Source: Negaprion brevirostris (taxonomy: Eukaryota). From it: a stretch of 64,000 bases of DNA. The translations under genes and the position numbers were made by a program. Below the pieces are notes generated by a model. The model was given only the letters and a program-made list of their open reading frames with translations. It had not been told where the DNA came from and did not search any database. Of the stretch, positions 10,261-22,888 are shown in pieces (the stretch's first letter is position 1; every line of letters starts with the position of its first letter). Location: NCBI GenBank assembly GCA_030324005.1, contig JARDVH010000099.1, positions 49,136,343 through 49,200,342 on the forward strand, given 5' to 3'.

Positions 10261-13200
10261 TGTCTCTTTTTTCAGCTATATATATAAATTGGTAGTTTGG
10301 AGCATATTTATTCAATAATTACTATTTTTCAATAATACAGCTTCTGCTTGCATCTATTTTGACGCCTGCTCTAATCTCCAATGTAAGAGGATATGGAAGA
10401 TGAATGAAATTGCCCCCAACACCCCTTGCATCATATATTTCCAATTGAGATAGATAGCCCAAAGACTTGGGCAGTTTGTAGTCCTGAAGATGATTGGGCA
10501 TTTAAAGGGGCAAACAGTTCACATTAGCATCACTTTGTGGATGGTTGGCAACAGGGCATGCAATTAACAACAAGCTCACTGTTTTAAGATGTTATATCAT
10601 GTATATAATGCAGTGAACATGGACAAAATTCTCATGCAGCATAATGAAAGCTTATGTCATTCGTATGGTTCCTATGATTCAATCAAGGAATCTTGCCTAC
10701 GAGCACAGTAACTTTATTGTCCACCAGTATCCAATGACAAGAAACAAAACAGGTGTAAAATGGATTAAAACTCTTAAATTTCACCTCCTGTGCAGGTATT
10801 TTATACAAAATAGCTGTAACGTTTCTAAAAATTTAACACATTGAAAACAGCAGAGAACATTGATAGAGCGCTAAAATAAGCTTTCATGTTTATAGACATC
10901 ATTTCAGATCTTGTAAAATACTCAAATCCAGGGCTCCCCTCAGCCCATCCCCCAATTCTTCTGGACTGTCATAATTCTTGGCGAAACATTGGATTTTCCC
11001 AAAGCAAAGCCAAACCACTTCTTCTTCCCACTTAATGACTACCTCTAGAGGGATATCTTTAGTACCATTTTGATGTGTGTTTTCTGCTTTGATAACATAA
11101 TATCAGCTCATTTACATGTTTCACAAATAAACCAATGGATGGAGTTGTGGACTTTAATCCTCTTGCTGTTTACTGAAAGTGGAATTTGACTTTTTTAATC
11201 ACTGTGAATTAGTAGTCTGAAGTTTCCCTTCCATAATGTTAACATCCTTAAGTATACACTATCTCACTATGAACAGCATCTTGAAAGATTTATTAGTACC
11301 CTTAATATGTATATTTAATCTCATTTTTAAGGTTCACTGATGAGATCACACTCCACATTCATACAGTTATACAGTTTGCATCAGAATTTCTCATTCAGGT
11401 TAGTAGCAGATAAACATTCCTATCTAAATTGGTTCTGAGTGTTGATTGACAAGCAAATCAAAGAATGTAGGGAGTAGGCAGGATAGATTAGTCAGTATCT
11501 TCTTTCATGGTGCAGCCCTGATCCTAAATTAATAGTTTCTAATGTATGTGGGTTAAAATAATTAAGTACATGCACAGCTTAGTTTATTCTGAGTCTTGCA
11601 GTCAAAACTATAAATTTTGCAGATTACTCACAAGTGTGTGTTGTGCCCAAGTCCAGTCAGTGGAGATAAAGTTTATGGATGCAAATCACTCAATTTCTCA
11701 GGTACTGTGCATGTAGGGCACTACTAACGACCCAAGGAGTTGTGTGTGATGCCACCATCATTATGACATCGCCAGAAGTATTGACTGGTGAATTTCAGCA
11801 CTCAAAGGATGTGTGGATAGGAGCAGAGTCATAGCAATGACACGGAGGGGTGAAAATACGCAGAGTGAAATGTATGCATTATACTTGAGTTTATTAATAG
11901 TGGCCAGACTATAAATGGGCTCAGTAACATCATGGGGGTGAGGGGGTGGTTTTTAATGAAACTCACAAGCATGGGAAATGTGGCCTGCTTAATTGGATGG
12001 GATGCGAAATATCCTGATGACAGGTTGAGATGCAGAGATAGAGCATTTGCATGCCATGTATGCTCACTAACATGAAATGGTGTTCACTAAGGTCCTACAC
12101 TTTGTTGTAGGTGCACAAGAATCTTGTGGCACCCGGTTCAGATTGTTTAAAGGTGCCAGTTGTGCAGTTGTGTCCACAGTAAGTGTCCATTTTCATGCAC
12201 AAGGCAGTAGGTGTTGAGAGGTTGGTGTTGGGTGCAGGGAGAAGCAGGAGAGGCAAGGGCCTAGTGCCTGTGTATGCTGGTCCTTTAAGGGGTTGGTGAG
12301 AAGGTCAAGGTAGGATTGAAAGATTGATGATGGATCTAAAGAGCTATCAATGCTGGGATGCTAAGGATCGAATTAAGGATGCTGGGTGCTGAAGGGAGCA
12401 GTCATAATCAAAGAGGGAAAATGTTCATGGCCAGTTGTTGAGTGGGTCACTGGAATGATCAAAAACATGAGGAGGATAACAGGGGGATTCAGGATCAGAG
12501 TGAGCATTTGGAAGTCATGGGCACAATCCCAGTGGAGAGAGAGATAATATGTGAGGTAATTGGTAGTAGGGTCCAGGGGTGTCAGTAGGAGGTTCAAGAG
12601 TAACCAAGGAGAGAGGAAAACATACATTGGGTGGGTTAGGGGTGATGAGGGCAAACAGAGTGACAGGGAGAGCGGAAGGTACAGAATCGGGTTTTAAAAG
12701 TCATGCACTATAATTTTAATGTCTTTTTCTGAATGCAAGTTCAATTGGAAGTAGGAGGAGGGTTGGTTTGGGTGGGAGGGAATTAATGTTGTGCATAACT
12801 GACCGACTAAAGGGATTCTCTTTAGGAATGAGAACAACGTACAAGCGTGTTCTCCCATGTATTATTGCCATCTTTACACGGTGCAATTNNNNNNNNNNNN
12901 NNNNNNNNNNNNNNNNNNNNNNNNNNNNNNNNNNNNNNNNNNNNNNNNNCGTCGAACAACTGAGGCCAACGGTAGGCTGCACCAGAGGGGTTTGCAGGTT
13001 CAGCCGGACTCCAGCACCGAGGGAAGGCATCAACCAAGATGGACACTGGTGTACAAACACATCCAGAGGACAAAACCAAACTACCTCCAGATGTCAAAGC
13101 AGCAATGTCTGAAGATATCCCGGGAAATGACCATTGAGATATGTTGGATTGTTAATCAAGATGTGGAGAACTGTGAGGTTTTAGTGGGAACCCCATATCA

Positions 13201-13329
13201 TTGATTCTCAAAGTATAGCAGCTGTCAATTTCTGTACCATCAGTGGCCTGCAGGGTAAAATTGTGACATGTGGCATCTCGCAGGCTGCCCAATTTCATTG
13301 TGATTTTATCGACTTCACCACAGATGAAG

Positions 13330-14460
13330 TCAGCCAGACTGTAAGGTCAGGTCACATTTGGTGTCGATGCTGTGTGTTCTCGAGTGCGAGTTGTCATTGA
13401 ATGGAGTGGGGGTTGGGGGAGGGGTGGTGGTTGTGTGAAGGTGTTGATGATGTTTTGGAGCTCTGCCTCTGAGTGTGTGAAGATGCAAGCAAGTCTGCAT
13501 ACTGTAGTTCAGTGACCAAGGGTGGGGTGATCTTGGATCTGGCCTGCAGGTGCTGGATGTTGAACACATTCCTATTTGTTCAGTAGTTTGGCTGCAGTCT
13601 AGCAGGAAGCTTGCTGAGGGTGAAATGAAGCATTGCAGCAAGGAAGACCGAGAAGAGTGTTGATGCAATGACACAACCATGCTTGATCCTAGTCTGAAAG
13701 TGAGTTGAATCTGTGTTAGATTCGCTGGTCAGGATCATGGCTTGCAGGTAGAGGATGGTGACAAATTTTTGTGGGCAGCTAAATCCGAAGAAGATGCTCC
13801 ATAATATCTTGCGTTTGATAGTGTCAAAGGCCTTTCAAGAAGGCTGTGTACAAAAGTTGGTGGAGTTCTCTGCATTTCTTCTGTAGTTGCTGCCCAGTGT
13901 AGAGAATGTCCACCGTGCCCCTAAGTGGGTGAAATCCACACTGGGACTCTGGGAGGTGCTTTCCAGCTACAGGGGAATAGCAATTAAGGAGAACTCTTGA
14001 GATGACCTTCACTTTGGCCGTGAGCAGGGAAATTCCCGCAGTTAGGTTTGCCACTGTTTTTTTGAAGATGGTCATAATTAAGACATTGCTGAGATCTCCA
14101 AACATGTTCCCCTCCTTTCAGACAGGGGAAATGAGATGATGGTGTTTCACCTCCATGTTTTAGTGCTTCAGAGGGGATTCCATTTGCTCCAGGTGCCTTG
14201 TTGTTCTTTAGCTGTTGGATGGCCTTTTCTACCTCCTGTCATGGGGTTGTGCTGAGATGGTGGTGTGTAGCCTACTGTAGGATGGCATGAAGGAAGCTTA
14301 TGTTGAAGACAGAATCTCGGTTATGGAGGTCTTTGAAGTGCTTCCTCCAGCAGGTGCTCTGGGTACTTGGGCCTAGGTGGTCTTGTGGTAAAGAAATCTC
14401 ATGTGTCATGGTTGTTGGCTAACTGCTGGATCTTCTGTGCTTTCTTCACCCACCATCTGT
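13330..14460 (-). mobile_element. RTE (BovB-like) LINE, degenerate RT region
   Basis: ORF 13824-14105: GISLL..KVISRVLLN..LPESQCGFHPLRGTVDILYTGQQLQKKCRE, followed by a KAFDT relic. Confidence 0.88.
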
Positions 14461-14614
14461 CTAAAAGGGGGTAAAAAGGCAGAGGTACCTGGGTTTATAT
14501 GTCATTGAGGTCAAAGGGCATGTTGAAAAAGCAGTTAATAAAGCATACAGTGCTTTAATCTTTATTTATAGGGGCATAGAGAACAAGAGGCTAGGAGGGT
14601 GTGGTGAACTTGTT

Positions 14615-16860
14615 GAAACAGATGGAGACCACTAATCCTTCAAGCCTGCCCTGCCATTCTGTGTGATCATTGCTGATACACACCGGCAACGGTTCTTTTT
14701 CTGTGCCATTTCCCCGTAGCCCACTATTCCTCGATCTATCAAATATTTATCTACTTCCACTTTGAATACTTCTAATAATCCAGCCTCCACCACCCTCTGG
14801 GATGTAGAATCCTAGTGATTCACCACCCTATGTGAGGAGAAATTTCTATGCACCTCAGTTTTAAATGACCCGCCCTCTTTTTGTAGCTATGTCCCCTTGT
14901 TTGAAATTCTGCCACTAGTGAAAACATCTCATTGTCTGCCCTATCAAACCCTTCAGGACTTTGTTTGAATAAGGTCACTCGTCAGTTTTCTAAATTCCAA
15001 GGAATACAGACTCAGACTATTTAGCCTCTCTTCATTGACAAACCCCTCATCCCTGTAATTAGTCTGGTGAATCTCCTTTGGACTGTCTCCAGTGTTATTA
15101 TTATCCTTTTTAGGTAAGGAGACCAAAATGCCCATTCTGTATTCCACTAAAGGCCTCACCAACACCCTGTACAATTATAAACAAACCTTCCTTTTTTTAA
15201 GTTCCCAACTCCTTTGCAATAAAAGCNNNNNNNNNNNNNNNGTCTTAATTACCTGTTGGACCTGTTTGCTAGCTTTTTGTGATTCATGCACCTGGATCCA
15301 TCTGTACTTCACTCACCTAAATTATCAATTTAGATAATCTGCCTTTTGATTCGTCCTACCAAAGATATGACCTCACACACCTCCACATTAAACTCCATTT
15401 GCCAGGTTTGTGCCCAGTCACCTTATCTATCTATTTCCCATTGCAGAATCACAGTATCCTCATCACAATATCTTTATTATTAATATCGGCCTTTATGCCT
15501 GTCTTCATATCATTGTCAAATTTGGAAACCTTGCATTCTGTTTCTTTCTAAATAGTGAACAATTGCGGGCCAAGAACTGATCCTTGTGATACTCAATTAG
15601 TTGCATCTTTCTACTCTGAAAAGGACCCATTTTTTCTAATTCTGTTTTCTATGTGGCCAACAGTTTTTAATCCATGTTAATGCACTTCTTCCAATTCCAT
15701 GGGCTTTTACTTTATGCACCAGCCTCTTATGCAGCGCCTTGCAGTGTCTTCCATGGTGAAGACTGATGCAAAAGATTTATTTAGCATATCCTCCATTTCT
15801 TTGTTTGCTGTTATCAATTCATCAGCTTTGTTCAGTCGAGATCCCACATTTACTTTAGCCATCCATTTCCTATTTATATATCCATAGAAACTCTTATTGT
15901 TTGATTTTATGCTACATGCAAGTTTTCTCTCAAAATTAATTTTCTTCCTTCTTGTGAGTATTTTAGTCTTTTGCTGTTAGATCCTAAGAACTTCCTTGTT
16001 CTCTGGGCTACCATTACTCCTTGCCATTTTGTATATCCTGCTTTTCAATTTAACATTATCCTTGATCTCCTTTGTTAATCATGGATTTTGCCTCTTTCTC
16101 GTGGAATCCAGCTTGTTGATTGGAATAAACTCCTGCTGAGCATTTTGGACCGGCTGTTTGAATATCTGCTTATTTACTGACCTGTATCTTACTTTATATA
16201 CCCAATTCACCTTATAATTCCTCCTCCGTACCATTATAATTGTCCTTATTTTAGTTGAAGACACTGGTTATGGGCCTATGTCGTTTACCCTTAAACAGTA
16301 TTTGGAATTCTATCATATTGTGGTCACTACCATCTAGGGGATCCTTAACCACAAAATTCCTTTTTAATCCTTCTTTTTCACTGAAAAGCAAATCTAAAAT
16401 AACTTGTCCCAGGTCGATTCCACAACGTACTGCTTTAAAAAGCAATCTCTGATGCCCTCCACAAATTCTTCTACACTCTTCTCCTTCTATCCTTGCTGGT
16501 TTGGTTTACCCAATCAATATGCAGATTAAAATCTCCCATGATAATTGCAGTTTCCTTCAAATATGTCCTTGATATTTCCCCATTTTTACTTTGGCGCCTT
16601 CAGAAGTCACATTTTATGGATGTATGTAGTATTTCCAACCTTGACTTCCTTCCCCTGATATTCATGATTTCAACCCAAAACTGATTCCACTTCTCTATCC
16701 AATGCTTTTATATCACAACTCAGCACTGCTCTGAAACCTTCCTTGATTAACAATGCTACCACACTTCCTTTTCCCTTTGGCCTAGTCTTTTGTAACATGG
16801 AATGTTGAGCACCTAGCCCTAGTCACCCTGCAACCACGTTTCTGTAATAGTTAATACATC
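14615..16860 (-). mobile_element. Degenerate CR1 LINE (endonuclease to 3' end, with deletions)
   Basis: MYRVLVRPLVEY (14953-15174) and ILDLLFS..VKDPLDGSDHNMIEF (16251-16445, APE endonuclease SDH motif). 3' tail near 14630. Confidence 0.88.
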
Positions 16861-16865
16861 ATACT

Positions 16866-17500
16866 CAGAGTCATAGAGGTTTACAGCATGGAAACAGGCC
16901 CTTCGGTCCAACTTGTCCATGCTTCCCCTTTTTTTTAAAAACCCCTAAGCTAATCCCAATTGCTGGCATTTGGCCCATATCCCTCTGTACCTATCGAACC
17001 CATGTAAATATCTAAATGCTTTTTAGATATTTACTAGAAATACTAGTACTAGTATCTCTGGCAGCTNNNNNNNNNNNNNNNNNNNNNNNNNNNNNNNNNN
17101 NNNNNNNNNNNNNNNNNNNNNNNNNNNNNNNNNNNNNNNNNNNNNNNNNNNNNNNNNNNNNNNNNNCATGTAACTGTCTAAATGCTTTTTAAAAGACAAA
17201 ATTGTACCTGCTTCTACTACTACCTCTGGCAGCTTGTTCCAGAAAGTTACCACCCTCTGTGTGAAATAATTGCCCCTCTGGATACTTTTGCATCTCTCCC
17301 TTCTCACCTTAAACCTATGCCCTCTAGTTTTAGACTCCCCTACCTTTGGGAAAATTTATTGATTATCTACCTTGTCTATGCCCCTCATTATTTTATAGCC
17401 CTCTATAAGTTCACCCCTCAGCCCCCTACACTCCAGAGAAAAAAGTCCCAGTCTATTTCAGCCTCTCCTTATAACTCAATCCATCAAGTCCCAGTAGCAT
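16866..17500 (-). mobile_element. Younger CR1 3' fragment nested in the older CR1
   Basis: RGNYFTQRVVTFWNKLPEVVVEAGTILSFKKHLD, with tail tcatagag..aggcccttcgg. Confidence 0.88.
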
Positions 17501-17744
17501 GTCGTAATCTGTGCGATTAACTCCTTTATCGTGTTGCACATGCAACATGCATTCAGATAAAGAACATTTAGCTTTGATTTTTTTTTAACAGTTTTTTGTA
17601 ACTTTGGATTTACTCTGTTGCAAATTTTTGTTTATGTTTCTTGTCCCGGCAAGTCACAAAATGACAGTCAAATTCCCCTTCACTATCCTGCGCCACCGTT
17701 CCCTCATATACTCTTAGCTAGAGTATTGTGTCCAGTTCTGGGTG

Positions 17745-18190
17745 CCACAATTCAATTCATTGGTGAAGAATAATGCAGATCTGTGCTCATTTCTCAAGGA
17801 ACTGTCACAATGTATACATCTTGTGCATATCATGGCTGCCAGAGCCTTTTGAAGTCCGGATTGATGGATGGATCCTCTATGATGAATTCTAGCCCCTGCA
17901 TACATGGCTGATGATGCTAGCATGGCATTCCTAGAATGAGGCAATCAAACTTCATGATATGTACCCTAGAGGGTGTCATCAGTAGTAACGGCCGCCTGTA
18001 CATTTCATGATTGATGCTGCAACATGAACAGATGTTGCCAGGAAAAGAGCTTGAGAAAGACCAACCCTTCTTAGATGAGGAGGATTTCTTGGAGCATGAG
18101 GTGGAGCTCACAGATCCAAATCCTTTCATGGATGGCAGGGTTGAAGAGACTTTAAAGGCATGTCAGTAACTATCTGATCTACACACGGTT
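17745..18190 (+). mobile_element. PIF/Harbinger DDE transposase relic
   Basis: Relic translation RIMQICAHFSRNCHNVYIL (cf. V.A.fPGS.HD..IL), GWILYDEF*PLHTWLMM (cf. GWLLGDxGYPLxxWLMTP) and RVSSVVTAACTFHD (cf. ACCxLHN). Confidence 0.75.
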
Positions 18191-19348
18191 TGCACGAAAG
18201 TGACCCTTCGCATGACAACTGCCTCTTTGTCTGACCTTCATTGCTTTCCTGGGGTCCAGACCTTGCCCTGCCTTCCTCCCTTGCTGCGTAACTCATGTCC
18301 TCTGCCACCCTGGCTAGANNNNNNNNNNGTGAGTCGTGGTACCAAGGACATCTCGAGGGTGCATGGACATCCATGAAACAGTTTGCCTTGCCCAATTATT
18401 CTGTTCCAGCAACTTTGCTCAAGTGCTTTGAATACCCCTGTCTTGTTTATATACCCACCAAGATTTAAGTGGGTCAATATGCTTGGGGATGGGGGGACAG
18501 GGGTGGGTGGTCATTTAGAGTAGTGTGAGTGGATGTGATGAGCTTGCTTTTCAGAACAATGGTTTGTTTATGACACAAGCACAGTACAGCATCATTTACA
18601 GTAAATCACATGCCATATAAGCACAGTATTTTAATCCTGCTCATCCTTGAAATCATCAAGCTTTTAGTCAAGTCATTGAATATGTTCTGTTGAGGTGGGT
18701 TAGGCTACATTTATGACTTGCTAACTTGTTACCTAATTCTTTGTTAGTGTTGTATAATATTTGTATATCAGTCTCAGTCTGGTGTCATTGATATCTATAT
18801 GATGTCACATTTGAGATTTCTGCCATAGATAATCATGTTTTTTTGGGAATTACGTCAATTCTGCAGTCCAATAGAATAAATATTTGTGTTAGCGAGAATA
18901 CAGTCAGTATTCCTCCATGTCCTGCCCCCATTGTTGAAGAGACTAATTGCAACGTGGCAAGTTTCCATTGTAAATATTGACCGAGGAATTCATTATGGGG
19001 AAAATTGACAGGAGGTGTTCACAAATGCAAGCTTTAAAAATATTTTACACAGAAACTACAATATCGAAACAGGCCATTTGACTTGTATTCAGCATCCAAC
19101 CTGAAAAAATAACTAGTAATTTAAAGGACAGATGAAAGTAATCTTCAAGTAAGTCAACAGCCCCAGCTTGTCTTTATACAGCATCTTTAATGTAATATGA
19201 TATCCCAAGGTGCTGGGACATCATAGAACAAAATATAACCAAGTCATATCGGGAGATATTGGTGGGTTGGTGTTAAGATGTGTGTGAGGAAAGAGAGAAG
19301 TGAGATAGAGGGATGATGAGTTTTAGGGCCTTCCACAACTGAAGGCTT

Positions 19349-19469
19349 TTTGATTTGATTTATTATTGTCACATGTATTAGTATGCAATGAAAGGTATTG
19401 TTTCTTGCACACTATACAGATAAAGCATATACCGTTCATAGAGAAGGAAAGGAGAGAGTGCAGAATGTT
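19349..19469 (-). mobile_element. Short LINE 3' tail inserted in the L2 (same family as 2892-3032)
   Basis: High similarity to 2892-3010. Confidence 0.7.
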
Positions 19470-19789
19470 AGACACGGCCACCAATGGTGAGCAATAAAAG
19501 TTGGGGATGCTCAAGCCAGCGTTAGAGTGTAGGTATCTCCGGATTGTGGGGCTAGAGGTGTTTACAGAGATGGGGAGGGCAAGGCCATGGAGGGATTTGA
19601 AAATGGGGATCAGAATTTTCAAGTTATGATTTTGGTTAACCAGCAGTGATTGCAAGGTTGATGGTTGGATGGGATTTGATGAGAGTTCACTGGACTCCAG
19701 CTTACAGAGGGTAGAATGAGAGAAATGCATTAGGATATTTGAGTCCAGAGGTAATAAAGACACGGATGAATGTTTTAGCAGCAGATGGG

Positions 19790-20350
19790 CTGATGATAAC
19801 CAATTCTCCCTCACCATCGCCTTTCTCAACTCCTCCACTGTTGCTAAACTGTGAGATTACTGTCTAATATCCACTACTGAATGAGCAGAAATTTTCTAGA
19901 AATTAAATATTGGGAAGACTGAAACCATTATCTTNNNNNNNNNNNNNNNNNNNNNNNNNNNNNNNNNNNNNNNNNNNNNNNNNNNNNNNNNNNNNNNNNN
20001 NNNNNNNNCAGATTTTTCACATGCTTGCTGCCATATTTGTTAAGTAGGGAGAAATAGGTGATCTTAGTAATGGTGTGGACATGTGTTTGGAATCTTGGGG
20101 TCAAATATGGCAGCAAGCTTGTGAAAAATCTGCTTCAGCCTCTGACGGTTGATAGGGAGAGAGGTCGAGTCAATAGCTAGGGAATGCAGTTTGTCATGGG
20201 GATCAAAGATAATGGTTTCAGTCTTCCCAATATTTAATTTCTAGAAAATTTCTGCTCATTTAATTGTGGATATTAGACAGTAATCTCACAGTTTAGCAAC
20301 AGCGGAGGGGTTGGGAAAAGTGATGGCGAGGGAGAACCGGTTGTCGTCAG
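19790..20350. repeat. Long inverted repeat: arms 19790-20039 and 20102-20350, 62-nt spacer
   Basis: 19790-19934 is the reverse complement of 20206-20350. 20009-20039 is the reverse complement of 20102-20132 (1 mismatch). The 74-N gap mirrors the 73 nt at 20133-20205. Confidence 0.92.
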
Positions 20351-21514
20351 TTTAAATGTGGAACCTAATGCATTTTTAGATTAAGTAGCTGAGGGACTAC
20401 ATGTAGATGAGCAAAAGGCGGCCGAGGATAGACCTATTGGGGGATTCCAGAGGTGACTACAAGAGCGTGAAGAGAAACCGTTGTAATTGATTCTCTCCCT
20501 AGGATAGCAATGCGACCAGATGAGAACAGTCTAACCCAGCTGGACAACAATGGGGAGACATTGAAGGAAGATAGTGTGATCAGCTGTGTCAAGTGCTTAA
20601 GACAGATTGAGAAGGACAAGGAGGGGGATAGTTCCCATTTGTCACAGTTACTTGGGGGTCATTTGTGACTTTGACAAGAGCTGTTTGGACACTGTGGTGG
20701 GATGAAAATGTGGTTCGAGAGATTCAAACACTGATGTGTGAGAATGACGTGCTAATTGGGGAGGCGACAATATGTTCAAGGATTTTGGAGGAAGCAAGAT
20801 GGCATGGCGATTTGCAAGTACAGAGGACTCAAGAATGGCTTTTTTTTTTGGATAGTTGGCTGATAGCTGATTTGAGGGGGTGAGGGCTGCCTGTGGAGAG
20901 AGAGGGAGAACCATTCCGATCTGCTAATATTGAAGCCAGGAAGGGAAGCGGTCAGCAGTTTCTTCAATAGTGTCACATGCACAAAATGAACTTTGGATAT
21001 GAGGGAAGATGGGAGAGATAATAGAGAAAGATTGGAGTTCAGGGCTAGGGTTGGGGAGTGGGGTGGGGGGTGTAGTTATTTGGATGAAGTTTGGCCATAT
21101 GGACTAGGAGAAGCCAAGGGTGTGTCACAGGCAGTGGATAAGATGGTCTCATTCTTTTAAATAAGTCATGAATTCCTTGCACTTGTTGTTGGAGAAGATG
21201 GAGCAGTTTAAGGTAGCTTTCTGTAGAGAAAATAAGCCAGACATTTATATATTCCAGAATGATCCTAGAATAGTGAATAAGTTTAGCAGGGGGGAGTTGG
21301 ACTCACAAGTGCTTTATGTAGTCCGCCCAGATTTGGTGGTGAATGACTACAGCTCATTTTTAGTTATGCCTGGTGTTGCGCCTGGCAAATCCTTCCTGCA
21401 CTCTTACTTCAAACAGGGTTGATCCCCTGGCTTGAGAGTAATGGTAAGTGGGATGCCTGAATTTGTGTTGGTAAATCTGTTTTATCTAGTTTGGCATGGT
21501 GGTGGTGCTACACA

Positions 21515-21990
21515 ACACAGAATCACAGAGAATTATTACTGAGCAGAAGCAGGCCATTTGGCCCATCAAACCAGCTCTCCAAAACAGCAGTTCACCAAGT
21601 GCTGTTCTCCTACCTTTTCCTGTAACCATGCACATTCTTTTTCTTCAAATATCAATTCAATTTCATTTTGAATGCCTCAAGTGAGCTTGTCTCCACTGCG
21701 CTCAGTGAGTGATTAAAGGTCTGAAATGTACTGACTGTGTGAAAAAGTTTTGCCTCCTGTTGCTTTTGCTTCTTCTGCAAATTACTTGAAAATCTGTGCC
21801 CCCACGCTCTTGATCCTTTGATGAATGATAACGGTTTCTTCCTAGCTACTCTGTCCAGACCTCTTATAATTTTGAACATCTCTATCAGATCTCATCTTGG
21901 CTTCATCTTCTTTGAGGAAAACAATTCTAACTTCTCCAGTTGATCGTCATAACTGAAGTTCCTCATCCCTGGAGCCATTCTGGTCATCAG
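21515..21990 (-). mobile_element. CR1 LINE 3' fragment
   Basis: MFKIIRGLDRV..GSRAWGHRF (ORF 21652-21879), tail acagaatcacaga..aggccatttggcccatc. Confidence 0.85.
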
Positions 21991-22277
21991 CAGGATGGAG
22001 GGTATTCTCAATATGGAAGATTTGAGATTTTGAGAATGAACGCAGGGCCGGATTGATAGGATGCAGATGTCCTAGTGGTGACTGGGGAATTGAGGGGAGA
22101 CAATGGGGAGAATCTAGAGTTAAAATCATAAGGCCTGCAGTGAGATAAAATAGACAGAGGTAGATGGAGTCAGTGGGAAGCATCAATGAACTGCTGTCTA
22201 AGTTTGGATACAGAAGACAGCAATTAGAGTGGATTGACATCCCACTGCAGGACATGAGGCTAGAAATTGATTGACCA

Positions 22278-22622
22278 TCTAGGACTGAGGGAGTGCTGCA
22301 CTCACAGTGCTGTTGTTTTTTAGATGGGCTGTAAAATTGAGACTCCATCTGCCCCCTCAAGTGTATGCATAAGATCTCTCAGCGCTATTTTGAAGAAGAG
22401 CAGTGGAGTGATCCCTGTTTTGTTTTGATCAATATCTATCCCTCAATCAACATCACAATATCAGATTGTCTGGTTGCCATTTGTGGGATCTTGCTGTGTG
22501 CAACTTTTCTGCCATGTTTCCTACAGGACAACAGTGACCACACATTCAAAAAAAATACTCTATTGGCTGCAAAGCGATTTGAGGTATCCTATGATAAAGA
22601 AAGCTATGTAAATGCAAGTTTC
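22278..22622 (+). mobile_element. Deu-domain SINE (SacSINE1/AmnSINE-like) with L2-type tail
   Basis: actgagggagtgctgcact..tttgaagaagagcag..tatccctcaatcaacatcac..gtgggatcttgctgtgtgc..ttggctg.aaagc..atgtaaatgcaagt. Confidence 0.8.
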
Positions 22623-22655
22623 CCCATCTTATTTTTGTTAATTTCTGTGCTCACG

Positions 22656-22816
22656 TAGAAACCCTACGATGCAGAAGAAGAGAAGAAGGCCATTTGGCCC
22701 ATAGAGTTTGTACCGACACTCCAAAACAGGATCCCATCCTGCCACCACCATCAACACCCCCNNNNNNNNNNNNNNNNNNNNNNNNNNNNNNNNNNNNNNN
22801 NNNNNNNNNNNNNNNN

Positions 22817-22888
<72 letters not shown>

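Larger units (their letters stand above)
9190..10280 (+). mobile_element. Truncated Penelope-like element: GIY-YIG C-terminus plus 3' terminal repeat, preceded by an inverted terminal-repeat copy
   Basis: Relic translation QQLADRIKQH..CDSMIGQHLLNN..FKIV..HLCMLESTSIHAYSPVFCKQKEH..LFQLNKS (9395-9998, frameshifted, split by a SINE). 9215-9395 is an inverted copy of ~10080-10280. Both termini carry hammerhead motifs. Confidence 0.8.
19160..21280 (-). mobile_element. Degenerate L2-type LINE (RT to 3' tail) with nested insertion and internal fold-back
   Basis: LKILIPIFKSLHGLA (19323-19838 ORF), VTSGIPQ (20434-20619 ORF), and L2 tail ending near 19165. Confidence 0.85.

Noticed and set aside
17001-17235. 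Direct duplication catgtaa..tctaaatgcttttta..tctctggcagct on both sides of a gap
   Set aside because: Most likely overlapping contig ends, with a low-quality left copy, inside a young CR1.
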